From contig JADLBZ010000036.1 in the NCBI GenBank assembly GCA_020847415.1, forward strand, positions 1 to 44,383: DNA of 44,383 nt, given 5' to 3'. Under the pieces are notes generated by a model that saw only the letters and a program-made list of their open reading frames with translations, was not told where the DNA came from and searched no databases. The position numbers and the translations under genes were made by a program. The stretch comes from Planctomycetota bacterium. GTDB taxonomy: Bacteria; Planctomycetota; UBA8742; UBA2392. How positions within the stretch are numbered: position 1 is the first letter of the stretch; every line of letters starts with the position of its first letter. Of the stretch, positions 28,713 through 37,714 are shown in pieces.

Positions 28713-29827
28713 GCGTACACCCGCACCACGCGCCGTCCCAGGCCGCACAGGAACTCGTAGGGCACGCACTGGGCCCAGCCGGCCACTTCGTCCAGGGTAA
28801 TGGCGGCCTTGCCCTCGCCGCCCAGCAGGGTGACTTCGTCGCCCACCCGGGCGTCGGGCACCGGCCCCAGGTCCAGGGTGGTGTAGTCCATGCTGACGCG
28901 GCCCACCACGGGGCAACGCACGCCGCGCACCAGCATCTCGGCCTTGTTGCTGAGGGCGGTGCGGTAGCCGTCGTCGTAGCCGATGGGCAAGGTGGCAATG
29001 CGCGTGGGTGCCGGCGTGTAGTACGTGCGGTTGTAGCCGATCGGCGTGCCCTCGGGCACTTCCTTGATGAACAGGATGCGCGTCTTCAGGCTCAGGGCCG
29101 GCTTCAGGCGCGCCAGCCAGGGCGCGCCGCCGCCGGGCAGGTGGCCCCACAGGGCAATGCCCGTGCGCACCATGTTGAAGTAGGCGTCGCTGCGGCCGAA
29201 CAGCGCCAGGCTGCTGCTGGCGTGCAGGGTGAGGTCGCGATAGCCCAGGCGGCGGGCGACCTCGACAGCCAGGTTAAAGGTCTCAAGCTGGCGCGTGGTG
29301 AACGCCGGGTTGCGCTCGTTGGGATAGCTGAAGTGCGTGCACAGGCCCACCAGTTGCAGGTGCTTCAGGCGCCGCAGGTTGTGCAGGAAGGGCACGGCCT
29401 CAAAGGGCTGCATGCCCAGGCGGCCCATGCCGGTGTCCACCTTCAAGTGAACGCGCACGGTGCGGCCCTGCCGCTCGGCCTCGGCGTTCAGCTCCTCGGC
29501 CATGGGCACCGTGTGAAGGTTGACCTCAATGTCGGCGGCCACGACGCGAGGCATCTCGCCGGGGATGACGCCGCCCACAATCAGGATGGGGGCCGAGATG
29601 CCGGCCTCGCGCAGCTCCAGCGCTTCGCCCGAGTCGCCCACGCCCAGCGCGTGCACGCCCTGCTGCACCAGGAGCCGCGCCATGGGCACGGCTCCATGCC
29701 CGTAGGCGTTGGCCTTGAGTACTGCCATCAGGCGCGTGTCGCCCACGCGCCGGCGGATCACGTCCAAGTTGTGCCGGATCGCGCCGGTATCAACCGTGGC
29801 CCAGGCCCGGTAGGTTTGCGTGGACAT
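28709..29827 (-). CDS. alr: Alanine racemase
   Basis: 372 aa. PLP-lysine motif AVLKANAYGHGAV. C-terminal domain with the conserved RIATLPIGYDDGY and GRVSMD. Confidence 0.92.
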   Translation of the reverse strand: MSTQTYRAWATVDTGAIRHNLDVIRRRVGDTRLMAVLKANAYGHGAVPMARLLVQQGVHALGVGDSGEALELREAGISAPILIVGGVIPGEMPRVVAADIEVNLHTVPMAEELNAEAERQGRTVRVHLKVDTGMGRLGMQPFEAVPFLHNLRRLKHLQLVGLCTHFSYPNERNPAFTTRQLETFNLAVEVARRLGYRDLTLHASSSLALFGRSDAYFNMVRTGIALWGHLPGGGAPWLARLKPALSLKTRILFIKEVPEGTPIGYNRTYYTPAPTRIATLPIGYDDGYRTALSNKAEMLVRGVRCPVVGRVSMDYTTLDLGPVPDARVGDEVTLLGGEGKAAITLDEVAGWAQCVPYEFLCGLGRRVVRVYA

Positions 29828-29845
29828 GCCCGCCGCCCGAAGGGG

Positions 29846-29959
29846 CTAGCCCTTCTTCTTGGAGGCCTTCTGGCCTTCCACGCGCTTGCGAACCTTGGCG
29901 CGGGCGAGCTTCTGGCGCTTGGCCTTGAGGTGTCCCTTCTTGCTGCTGTTGTAACCCAT
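29846..29959 (-). CDS. 37-aa highly basic small protein (below the ORF-track size cut-off)
   Basis: MGYNSSKKGHLKAKRQKLARAKVRKRVEGQKASKKKG. AAGGA lies 7-8 nt upstream of the ATG at 29959 (GAAGGAAAAAGACGATG). It sits in an otherwise unexplained 170-bp gap between the lipoprotein gene and alr, on the same strand. Confidence 0.5.
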   Translation of the reverse strand: MGYNSSKKGHLKAKRQKLARAKVRKRVEGQKASKKKG

Positions 29960-29998
29960 CGTCTTTTTCCTTCGTTGTAGTTGCGTTCCGGGTTGGGG

Positions 29999-30649
29999 CT
30001 ATTCGGGCTTCACGCTCTTGGCCCAGGCCACCAGGGCCTCGTGGTGCGCAGCCGCGTTGGGTGTATCCAACACGACGCCGACCACAACGTATGTTCCCAG
30101 CTTGCAGTTCAGGGCGGCCACCACCACTTCGCCCGCCTGCATGGCGGTCCAGGCGATGGCGCCGCTGGTCTTGATGTCCGGCTCGCCGGCCGCCACCTGG
30201 GGCGCGAACTTCTTCACTGCCTCGGCGGGGTCCACCGCGTCCTTGCTGACAAAGAACAGCATCCCGCCCGCGGCTTCCTTGCTCCAGTGGTCCCAGTGTT
30301 CTTTGCCCTCGGTGCCGCCGGGAGCCTTCTTGTTGGCCACGGCTACTACAGGCACACAGGTGGAGTCCAGGGGCTTGGTGTGGCGCAGCAGCTCTTCGCG
30401 GCCGTCCTTGCTCAGGTCCACCCAGCCGGCAGGCTTGCTGTGGGCCACCTTGCGGAAGGCGTTGGGGTCGTCCTTGGGCGGGGCGGGCTGGTTCTTGGCC
30501 GGCTGGCTGCCGGACTGGTTGCCGGCCGGCGTGGTCGTGCCGCCTCCGCTGCTGTTTTCCGGCGCGGGCGTGTTCGTGCCGCCGCCGCCGCAGGCGGCAA
30601 GGCCAATCAGGGCAGCAGAAAACAGGGCGGCAAGAACCGCGTGGCGCAT
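29999..30649 (-). CDS. Lipoprotein of unknown function
   Basis: 216 aa. MRHAVLAALFSAALIGLAAC lipobox (LAAC), followed by a Gly/Thr/Pro/Gln linker and a globular domain. GGAGA 5 nt upstream of the ATG. Confidence 0.7.
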   Translation of the reverse strand: MRHAVLAALFSAALIGLAACGGGGTNTPAPENSSGGGTTTPAGNQSGSQPAKNQPAPPKDDPNAFRKVAHSKPAGWVDLSKDGREELLRHTKPLDSTCVPVVAVANKKAPGGTEGKEHWDHWSKEAAGGMLFFVSKDAVDPAEAVKKFAPQVAAGEPDIKTSGAIAWTAMQAGEVVVAALNCKLGTYVVVGVVLDTPNAAAHHEALVAWAKSVKPE

Positions 30650-30870
30650 GGCTGTCTCCGCAACAGGTGACGGCGCGGCATGCTAGTACGGGCGCGCGCC
30701 TCGCGCCACAGCCGGTTGCGCTGCTGCTTCGTTCCAGTTGGATCGGGTTCCAGCAACGCTTGGGGTGGTTCCCGCGACAGCACGCGACAGAAGCCCGAGG
30801 GGCACGTGTCGCGAGCGCACGTCGCGGCCATACGCGGAGGCGACGCCCCACCCCAGCGGGCATGCTGCCG

Positions 30871-33138
30871 CTACCACTGCAGCGGCTTGCCTGCCAGCCC
30901 GTCAATAGCCGCGATGCGCGTCTCGGCCCGGCCCACCGCCTTCATGTGCAGATTCCACACCGGCAGAAACAGGTTGGTCACCTTCTTGGGTGTGGCCTTG
31001 TAGCGCTGCGAGAAGGCCTGCTTCACCACTTCGTCGCTCTTGCGGTTCTGCAGGTCAACCAGGTTCAGGCGCAGGTTGCCGGGCAGGGCACGCTCCAGGG
31101 TGGTCACGTTGTCGAAGTCGCGCACGCGGCTGGCATAGTCGTCGGGGCGGTCTTCCAGGCGCACACCGCCCTCCGGCGTGTAGACGGCGATCTTCAGGTT
31201 CACGGGGTGCAGGTAGACATGGCCCTGCAGGTGATCTGCGGCGCGGAAGTCAAACTGGAACACCCGCTGCATCAGCGTGCGGGTCACGCTTTCCCGGAAC
31301 TCCAGCTGCAGCACCAGGCGGTACTCCATCTCGACGTGGTCCAGCTCTTCATCGTCGCCAAAGATGCCCAACGTGGCCTTGCCCCGCAGGTCGCGCCCCA
31401 AGCGCTCGGCATCGTGGCTGGTCAGGCGGGCTGACAACACCTGCACGGGCTCAGTCAGCCCCAGGTCGGGCCGCAGGCCGGCGGCGCGGCTGAAGTAGCG
31501 CTGCACGCGGCCCTCCTTGAACTGCGCCGCCAGCCCGGCAGCGGCCAGCTTGCGCAGGGTGCTGCGGGCGGCACCCTCGCCCACGTCGGCATAGGCCGCG
31601 TACTCGGCGGCGGTCATGCTGGGCTTGCGGGCCAGCTTGCTGTCGGCCTCTTTCAGGGCTTCGGCTGCGGACGTATCGGGCGCCGCCGGCTCTTCCTCTT
31701 CTTCGTCCTCATCTTCCTCTGCCAGGGGCGCCGCCTTGGCGGTGCGGCCCGCTTTTGCGGGCGCGGGCTCTTCCGCCTCGTCGGCAGGAAGCTCCTCGTC
31801 CTCGGGCTTCTGGGCCTCCAGATGCTCCTCCAGTTCGTTGAAGCGCTCGCGTACCGGGCCGTCCACCTGTTGCTCGATGGCGTCCTCGTTCAGCGTCTCG
31901 TGGCGGGTGTACAGCCAGCGGCTCTGCAGGCGCACCGTGTTGCTGAAGTTGTCGGGCGAGATCAGGATGAACTGGCCGGGCTTGAGCGCCGGCAACTCTT
32001 CCATGATCTGGTCCACGTGCACCGGGTCCAGGGCCTTCACGGTGGGCTGCACCTTGGCCATGTCCTGGCGGGTGGTCAGGCGGCCGATGGCCCAGGTGCC
32101 GAACTGCGCCATGGCCTTGTAGTCCACGTCGGCGGGGTTCTGCGTCGCCATCAGGCAGCAAATGCCGTACTTGCGGGCCTGCTTGAACAGCAGGCTGAGG
32201 CCGGGCTTGCTGGCCGGCTTGCGCACCGGCGGGATAAACGGGGCAACTTCGTCAATGTAGAACAGGGCCTGGGGGGCATCGCTGGGGTTCTCCAGCATCC
32301 AGGCATAAAGCCGCTCCACCAGCGCCGCGACAAAGAACTCCTTGTCTTCCTGGGCGTTCAGGGTGTTCAGGTAAACGACGCTGAGCCGCGCCTTGCCCGG
32401 CACCGCGGCGGAGTTCTCGCCCCGGCCCAGCAGCAGGTCAATGTCCAGGGCCAGCCCCTCGTGAAACAGCAGCCGCCGGGCGCCCACGTCCAAGCGCGCC
32501 AGCTTCTGGCAGGCATGCTCGATCTTCTTGACGTCCAGATAGCGCCCGTACTCCTCCTTGGTGGCGCCATCCAGCTTCAGCAGCCAGTCCGTGAACTGCC
32601 GCAGGTTGCGCGGCATGCGCCCGTTCTTCAGCAGGCCGGCCAGGGCCTTGTCAAAGACCGCCACCAGGCCGGCGCCGTCATCGCTTTCGAGGTCATAGCC
32701 CAGCAACGAGGCCAGCATGCTTGCCATGCCGCTGATGGCCACCACGCGCTCGCGGGCGGGCAGGGCGCTGACATCCATGCTCATGGGGTCCGCCGAGAGC
32801 GCCACGCCCTTGCGCGAGGCCGGCGAGAACAAGACCACGTCGGCCTTCTCGGCAAAGGCCGCCGCCGTGGCGGGGTCAATGCCCTTCTGCTTCAAGTACT
32901 CGGGGTCCTTGGCGTGCAGGGCCAGGCTGCACAGGTCGCCCTGGGGATCAATGCAGATGGCGGGCAGGCCGCTGCGAACAAACTCCTCCACCACTGCCTT
33001 GCAGATAACGGTCTTGCCCGAGCCCGAGCTGCCCAATGCCATCATGTGCCGCAGCAGCGATTTGGGGGCCAGGGACACCGGCGCGGGTGGCTGTGCCAGG
33101 CGGTCGGTGCCCAGTTGGAAGCTTTCGGTCTGCGGCAT
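30871..33138 (-). CDS. HerA/YjgR-like (DUF87/DUF853-type) P-loop NTPase fused to an acidic linker, a wHTH-like segment and an unassigned C-terminal domain
   Basis: 755 aa from the ATG at 33138 (GGGAGA upstream). Walker A MALGSSGSGKTVICKAVVEEF...ICIDPQGDL, Walker B ALFYIDEVAPFIP, and CLMATQNPADVDYKAMAQFGTWAIGRL. Then EDEELPADEAEE...EEDEDEEEEEP, then MTAAEYAAYADVGEGAARSTLRKLAAAGL, then about 220 aa with no motif I recognise. Confidence 0.75.
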   Translation of the reverse strand: MPQTESFQLGTDRLAQPPAPVSLAPKSLLRHMMALGSSGSGKTVICKAVVEEFVRSGLPAICIDPQGDLCSLALHAKDPEYLKQKGIDPATAAAFAEKADVVLFSPASRKGVALSADPMSMDVSALPARERVVAISGMASMLASLLGYDLESDDGAGLVAVFDKALAGLLKNGRMPRNLRQFTDWLLKLDGATKEEYGRYLDVKKIEHACQKLARLDVGARRLLFHEGLALDIDLLLGRGENSAAVPGKARLSVVYLNTLNAQEDKEFFVAALVERLYAWMLENPSDAPQALFYIDEVAPFIPPVRKPASKPGLSLLFKQARKYGICCLMATQNPADVDYKAMAQFGTWAIGRLTTRQDMAKVQPTVKALDPVHVDQIMEELPALKPGQFILISPDNFSNTVRLQSRWLYTRHETLNEDAIEQQVDGPVRERFNELEEHLEAQKPEDEELPADEAEEPAPAKAGRTAKAAPLAEEDEDEEEEEPAAPDTSAAEALKEADSKLARKPSMTAAEYAAYADVGEGAARSTLRKLAAAGLAAQFKEGRVQRYFSRAAGLRPDLGLTEPVQVLSARLTSHDAERLGRDLRGKATLGIFGDDEELDHVEMEYRLVLQLEFRESVTRTLMQRVFQFDFRAADHLQGHVYLHPVNLKIAVYTPEGGVRLEDRPDDYASRVRDFDNVTTLERALPGNLRLNLVDLQNRKSDEVVKQAFSQRYKATPKKVTNLFLPVWNLHMKAVGRAETRIAAIDGLAGKPLQW

Positions 33139-33252
33139 GAAGTCTCCCTGCACCTGAACTGAGGCCAGAAAGCTGGCAATGGAAGCGCGCCCGCGCAATG
33201 GCCGAGTTTGCCGGGGCGATTCCGGCGGATCCATCTTTCACCACGGCGCGGC

Positions 33253-33281
33253 GTGACGACCGTCTCGACGGGCGCTATACT
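33253..33281 (+). promoter_or_regulatory. Candidate sigma70-type promoter for the kinase gene
   Basis: GTGACG (33253-33258), a 17-bp spacer, then TATACT (33276-33281). If used, it excludes the GTG at 33284 and favours the ATG at 33317. Confidence 0.3.
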
Positions 33282-33316
33282 CCGTGGCCCGGCTGGACCA
33301 ACGCCTGCGAGCCCCC

Positions 33317-35266
33317 ATGCAGAAGTGTCCTTCGTGCAAGACCGAAAACCCCGACAACGCGCGATTCTGCATTGATTGCGGCGTTGCGCTTGGCGCCGAG
33401 CGACCCTCGGGCGCGCCCGAGAAGCCCGACGAAATCGGCCGCGTGCGCGGCGAAGCCGACCTGGTGTTTGAGGCCGGCAACGTCTCCTACGATCCCGGCA
33501 CCCTGGTGGCGGACCGCTACCAGGTCGAGAAGGAGCTGGGCCGGGGCGGCATGGGCACGGTGCTGCTGTGCCGCGACAAGTTCCAGGACGACGAATTCTG
33601 CTGCCTGAAGGTCATCAACCCGCAGTTGATTGACAACGAGGAACTGGTCGAGCGCTTCAAGAGCGAAGGCCGCATCGCCCGCAAGATCCGCCACCCGGCC
33701 ATCATTGCCACCCACGACATCTTTGAGTGGAAGGGCCGCTGGCACATCAGCATGGAGTTCTTCCCGGGCATCGTGCTGCGCAAGATCATCAACGAGGCCG
33801 ACACCGCGGGCCAGACGCTGCCCCTGAACGACGCCGTGGCGGTCGTCGAGAAGCTGCTGGACGGCCTGAAGGCCGCCCACGAAGTGACCGTGCACCGCGA
33901 CCTGAAGCCCGAGAACGTGATGATCAAGGGCAAGCCCGGCTCGCCGGACTTTCACCTCAAGATCCTCGACTTCGGCATCGCCAAGAACTTCGAGGTCAGC
34001 AACGCCACGATGGCCGAGGTCGCCATGGGCACCACCGGCTACATGGCGCCCGAGCAGGCCCGTGACGCGGCCAATGTGGACCGCCGGGCTGACTTGTACG
34101 CCACCGCCGTGATCTTCTACGAGTTGATGACCGGCCTGCTGCCCGTGGGCAACTACGAGCCGCCCACGGCCCTGCGGCCCGACCTGCCCGGCTGGGTGGA
34201 TGCCTTCGTGGACAAGGGCCTGCGCGCCCGGCCCGACGCGCGCTATGCCGACGCCATCGAGATGAAGCGTGCCCTGCTGACCGGCGGCGGCACCACGGAC
34301 AAGCAGGGCGCCAACCGCGCCACCCAGGTCTTCACCAGCCCGCTGGCCGAGGCCCGCAAAGAGAAAGACCCCGTGCGCGACGGGCGCTGGCTGCGCGTCA
34401 AGTTGATGGACAGCCGCCAGGGCCTGCTGCACGCCGTGGCCTATTCGCCCGACGGCCAGTGCTTCGCCACGGCCGGCGAGGACGGGAACATCAAGGTGTG
34501 GGATGCCCGCCGCCTGAAGCCCGTGGCCGAGCTCAAGGGCCACTCGGCCTGGGTCAAGGCCCTGCACTTCAGCCCCGACGGGCGCGTGCTGGCCAGCGGC
34601 AGCGGCGACAAGAGCGTGCGCGTGTGGGACACCCGCACCTGGCGCGAGGCAGCCGTGATCAATGGCCACGAGACGCCGGTCATTGCCGTGCGTTTCAGCC
34701 CGGACGGGCACTTCCTGGCCAGCTCGGGTGCCGACCAGACGGCAGTCCTGTGGGACACGACGAACTTTGAGCCGGTCAGCGAGGTGCACGGCGGCGGCAT
34801 TGCGGCCCTGAGCTTCAGCCCGGACGGCCTGCTGCTGGCCTCGGGTACCCTGAACCAGAGCGTGGTGGTGTGGGACATGATGACCGGCGAGGTGCTGGTG
34901 GAGCTGAAGGGCCACCGCGGCACGATTACCAGCCTGTCCTTCAGCCCCGATGGTCGCTATCTGCTCTCGGGCTCGGACGACTCGACCATCCGCGTCTATG
35001 AGGTGCCGGGCTTCCAGCGCACCCTGAAGGTGCGTGACCATTCGTCGCTGGTCTGGTCCATCAACTTCTCCAGTGACGGGCGCGTCATGGCCAGCGCCGG
35101 CGAGGACCGCATGCTGGTGCTGCGCCGCCTGCCTGAATGGGACGAGATGGCCAGCTTCCTGGATCACCCCAAGGGGGTATCGGGCGTGTCGTTCTCGCCC
35201 GACGGCCGCAACATGGTCTCCTGCGGGCGCAGCGGCAGCGTGGCGGTTTACTCGCTGCAGGTCTGA
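33317..35266 (+). CDS. Ser/Thr protein kinase with an N-terminal zinc ribbon and C-terminal WD40 beta-propeller
   Basis: MQKCPSCKTENPDNARFCIDCG. Kinase motifs LGRGGMGTV, HRDLKPENVM, DFGIAK and GTTGYMAPEQ. About seven WD repeats from ~34400 (GH...VWD / VWD / LWD / VWD...). Confidence 0.9.
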   Translation: MQKCPSCKTENPDNARFCIDCGVALGAERPSGAPEKPDEIGRVRGEADLVFEAGNVSYDPGTLVADRYQVEKELGRGGMGTVLLCRDKFQDDEFCCLKVINPQLIDNEELVERFKSEGRIARKIRHPAIIATHDIFEWKGRWHISMEFFPGIVLRKIINEADTAGQTLPLNDAVAVVEKLLDGLKAAHEVTVHRDLKPENVMIKGKPGSPDFHLKILDFGIAKNFEVSNATMAEVAMGTTGYMAPEQARDAANVDRRADLYATAVIFYELMTGLLPVGNYEPPTALRPDLPGWVDAFVDKGLRARPDARYADAIEMKRALLTGGGTTDKQGANRATQVFTSPLAEARKEKDPVRDGRWLRVKLMDSRQGLLHAVAYSPDGQCFATAGEDGNIKVWDARRLKPVAELKGHSAWVKALHFSPDGRVLASGSGDKSVRVWDTRTWREAAVINGHETPVIAVRFSPDGHFLASSGADQTAVLWDTTNFEPVSEVHGGGIAALSFSPDGLLLASGTLNQSVVVWDMMTGEVLVELKGHRGTITSLSFSPDGRYLLSGSDDSTIRVYEVPGFQRTLKVRDHSSLVWSINFSSDGRVMASAGEDRMLVLRRLPEWDEMASFLDHPKGVSGVSFSPDGRNMVSCGRSGSVAVYSLQV

Positions 35267-35441
35267 ACGTCGGCGCCGGCAGGCGCCCGCGAACAGGCGT
35301 CCGGACCGGCCCTGAAGAGGCTGCAGAGGCTACAAAACAGCGGTCGGATTGGAGTCGGCGCGCCGGGCGGGCCTTGGTACCTTTCCCCTAGCCGCAAAGG
35401 AGCACGCGGCAGGCCCCGCAGGGGGCCGGGAGGCAGAAGCC

Positions 35442-36011
35442 ATGGAACACGTACTTTACTGGATTGCAGGAATCGCCACCGCGCTGTTCGCCGTCCGCCT
35501 GGTGCTGATGCTGATCGGCTTTGACCATGACGCGGGCGACGCAGCCGACGCGCTGCACGGCGTGGGCGCCATGGACACCCTGGACGCCGCCCATGCAGCC
35601 GCTGATGTCGCGGACTTCAAGATCTTCACGTTGATGACCCTGCTGGTCACCGGCATGGTGGGCTCGTGGTCCTCCATCCTGGGCCTGGAGCTGGGCTTCC
35701 CTTCCTGGGCGTCCGTGGCCGGCGGCTATGCCGTGGGCTTCGTGGCAGCCCTGGGTGTGGCTTGGGCCATGTACGGCATGAAGAAGCTGGAGTCGGACGG
35801 CACGGTGCGCACCAGCGACGCCGAGGGGCTCAAGGGCACCTGCTATGTGGCCATCCCCGAGGGCGGCAAGGGCCAGGTGCAGGTGGTGGTGAAGGGCCGG
35901 CTGCGCACCTTTGACGCAGTCAGCGACGGGCCGGCGATTGCCAGCTTCAAGCAGATCGTGGTGATGACGCACGTGGATGACCGTACCGTGCGTGTGTGTG
36001 CAACCGAGTAG
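35442..36011 (+). CDS. NfeD/YqiJ-like membrane protein (DUF1449-like N-terminus, OB-fold C-terminus)
   Basis: 189 aa from the ATG at 35442 (GGGAGG upstream). TM helices, an acidic His/Asp loop (FDHDAGDAADALHG), and a C-terminal beta-rich GTCYVAIPEGGKGQVQVVVKGRLRTFDAV. It immediately precedes a flotillin gene, the classical pairing. Confidence 0.7.
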   Translation: MEHVLYWIAGIATALFAVRLVLMLIGFDHDAGDAADALHGVGAMDTLDAAHAAADVADFKIFTLMTLLVTGMVGSWSSILGLELGFPSWASVAGGYAVGFVAALGVAWAMYGMKKLESDGTVRTSDAEGLKGTCYVAIPEGGKGQVQVVVKGRLRTFDAVSDGPAIASFKQIVVMTHVDDRTVRVCATE

Positions 36012-36085
36012 CGTGCGGTTAGGCAGGGCTTCCAGGACGAAACTCCGCGCCCGGGCGGGCGCCCAGCAGGAAGGACTGGTGACTC

Positions 36086-37660
36086 ATGTTCATGGCAGAA
36101 GCAGATTCCACGGTGCTGATCCTGGCGACCATCTTCGTGGGCTTGGTGTTGTTCCTCATCATCTTCTTTGCCCAGCGCTACAAGCGCTGCCCCAGCAACA
36201 AGGTGCTGGTGGTGTTCGGCAAGGGCGTGGGCGGCGGCGCGGCGCGCACCATCCACGGCGGCGGCGCGCTGATCCTGCCCCTGATCCAGGACTATGCGTA
36301 CCTCACGCTGGAACCCATCACGGTCGAGATTGACCTGCGCGGGGCGCTCAGCAAGAAGAACATCCGCGTCAACGTGCCCGCCAGCTTCACGGTGGGTATC
36401 GGCACCAGCCCGCAAATGATGGGCTGCGCCGCCGAGCGCTTGCTGGGCCTGGACGAAGGCAGCATCCGCAAGCAGGCCGAGGACATCATCCTGGGCCAGC
36501 TGCGCCTGGTCATTGCCACCCTGGCCATCGAGGAAATCAACCAGGACCGCGAGAAGTTCCTGAACCTGATCAACGAGAACGTCGCAAGCGAGCTGAACAA
36601 GATCGGCCTCGAAGTGATCAACGTGAACATCCGCGACATCACCGATGAAAGCGGCTACATCGAGGCCATCGGCAAGCGCGCCGCGGCGGAAGCCATCAAC
36701 GCCGCCAAGGTGGAAGTGGCCCAGGAAGACAAGAAGGGTGCCGCCGGTGAAGCCCGCGAGGTCCGCGAGCGCGTGATTGCAGTGTCCGTGGAACAGGCCG
36801 CCGCCGCCGAGGGTAAGAAGAAGGCCGAGCGCGACCAGCGTATCGCGCTGGCACGCCTCGAAGCGGAAGGTGTGGCTGCCGAAGCCGCCGCCTCTCGCCA
36901 GCAGGAAGTCGCGGTCTCGCGCGAACGCGCCGAGGCAGAGAAGGGCAAGAAGGAAGCCCAGGCCGCGCAGCGTGTGGCCCTGGCCGGCCTGGAAGCCCAG
37001 GCGGTGGAAGGCGAAAACACCAGCAAGGCTGACATTGCCGCGCGCAACGCGGTGCTGGCTGAGGCCGAGGCTGAAGCCACCCGCCGCAGCCTGGTGGCCC
37101 GCGCCGACGCCCAGCGCCAGGTCTTTGAGAAGGAACGCCAGCTCGAATCCGCGCGCCTGGAGAAGGAAATCATCGTCAAGGAAGAGATCGCCAAGAGGCG
37201 CATGGAGATTGAGGCCGACGCTCACGCCGAGCAGCAGCGCCGCCACGCCAAGGGCGAAGCCGACGCCATCATGATGAAGTACGAGGCAGAGGCCGAGGGT
37301 ATCCGCAAGGTGCTGCAGGCCAAGGCGGACGGCTATAACAAGCTGGTGATGGCCTGCGCCGAGCGCCCGGACATCGCGCCGACCCTGCTGCTGATCGAGA
37401 AGATGCCGGAACTGGTGGCTGAACAGGTCAAGGCTGTCCAGAACCTGAAGATCGACAAGATCACCGTGTGGGACGGCGGCAACGGTGGAGCCGGCAACGG
37501 CAAGGGCGGGGCCGCGGGCTTTCTCTCCAGCCTGATTGGCGCACTGCCCCCGGTGCACGAGCTGGCCCAGCAGGCCGGTGTGGAGCTGCCGGGATTCCTT
37601 GGTCGCCTCAGCCCGACCGAGAAGCAGGGGCTGGGCGACGCCCCCAAGGGCAAAGCCTGA
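36086..37660 (+). CDS. Flotillin-like SPFH/band-7 protein (YqiK-like)
   Basis: 524 aa. N-terminal TM LILATIFVGLVLFLIIFFA, an SPFH domain, a long Ala/Glu/Arg/Lys coiled-coil (flotillin region), and a C-terminal EKMPELVAEQVKAVQNLKIDKITVWDGG. Confidence 0.9.
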   Translation: MFMAEADSTVLILATIFVGLVLFLIIFFAQRYKRCPSNKVLVVFGKGVGGGAARTIHGGGALILPLIQDYAYLTLEPITVEIDLRGALSKKNIRVNVPASFTVGIGTSPQMMGCAAERLLGLDEGSIRKQAEDIILGQLRLVIATLAIEEINQDREKFLNLINENVASELNKIGLEVINVNIRDITDESGYIEAIGKRAAAEAINAAKVEVAQEDKKGAAGEAREVRERVIAVSVEQAAAAEGKKKAERDQRIALARLEAEGVAAEAAASRQQEVAVSRERAEAEKGKKEAQAAQRVALAGLEAQAVEGENTSKADIAARNAVLAEAEAEATRRSLVARADAQRQVFEKERQLESARLEKEIIVKEEIAKRRMEIEADAHAEQQRRHAKGEADAIMMKYEAEAEGIRKVLQAKADGYNKLVMACAERPDIAPTLLLIEKMPELVAEQVKAVQNLKIDKITVWDGGNGGAGNGKGGAAGFLSSLIGALPPVHELAQQAGVELPGFLGRLSPTEKQGLGDAPKGKA

Positions 37661-37681
37661 TTCGTGCGAGTCGCAAGCCAG

Positions 37682-37705
37682 GGGGCCGGGCGCAAGCCCG
37701 GCCCC
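37682..37705. terminator. Bidirectional hairpin between the convergent flotillin and nadD genes
   Basis: 10-bp perfect stem ggggccgggc / gcccggcccc with loop gcaa. Confidence 0.55.
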
Positions 37706-37714
37706 TGTCGCGTT

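Noticed and set aside
36700-37300. A repetitive Ala/Glu/Arg/Lys region in the flotillin gene, considered as a possible DNA tandem repeat or hypervariable region.
   Set aside because: It is the normal coiled-coil flotillin domain. The repetition is at the amino-acid composition level only, and I see no DNA-level periodic repeat.
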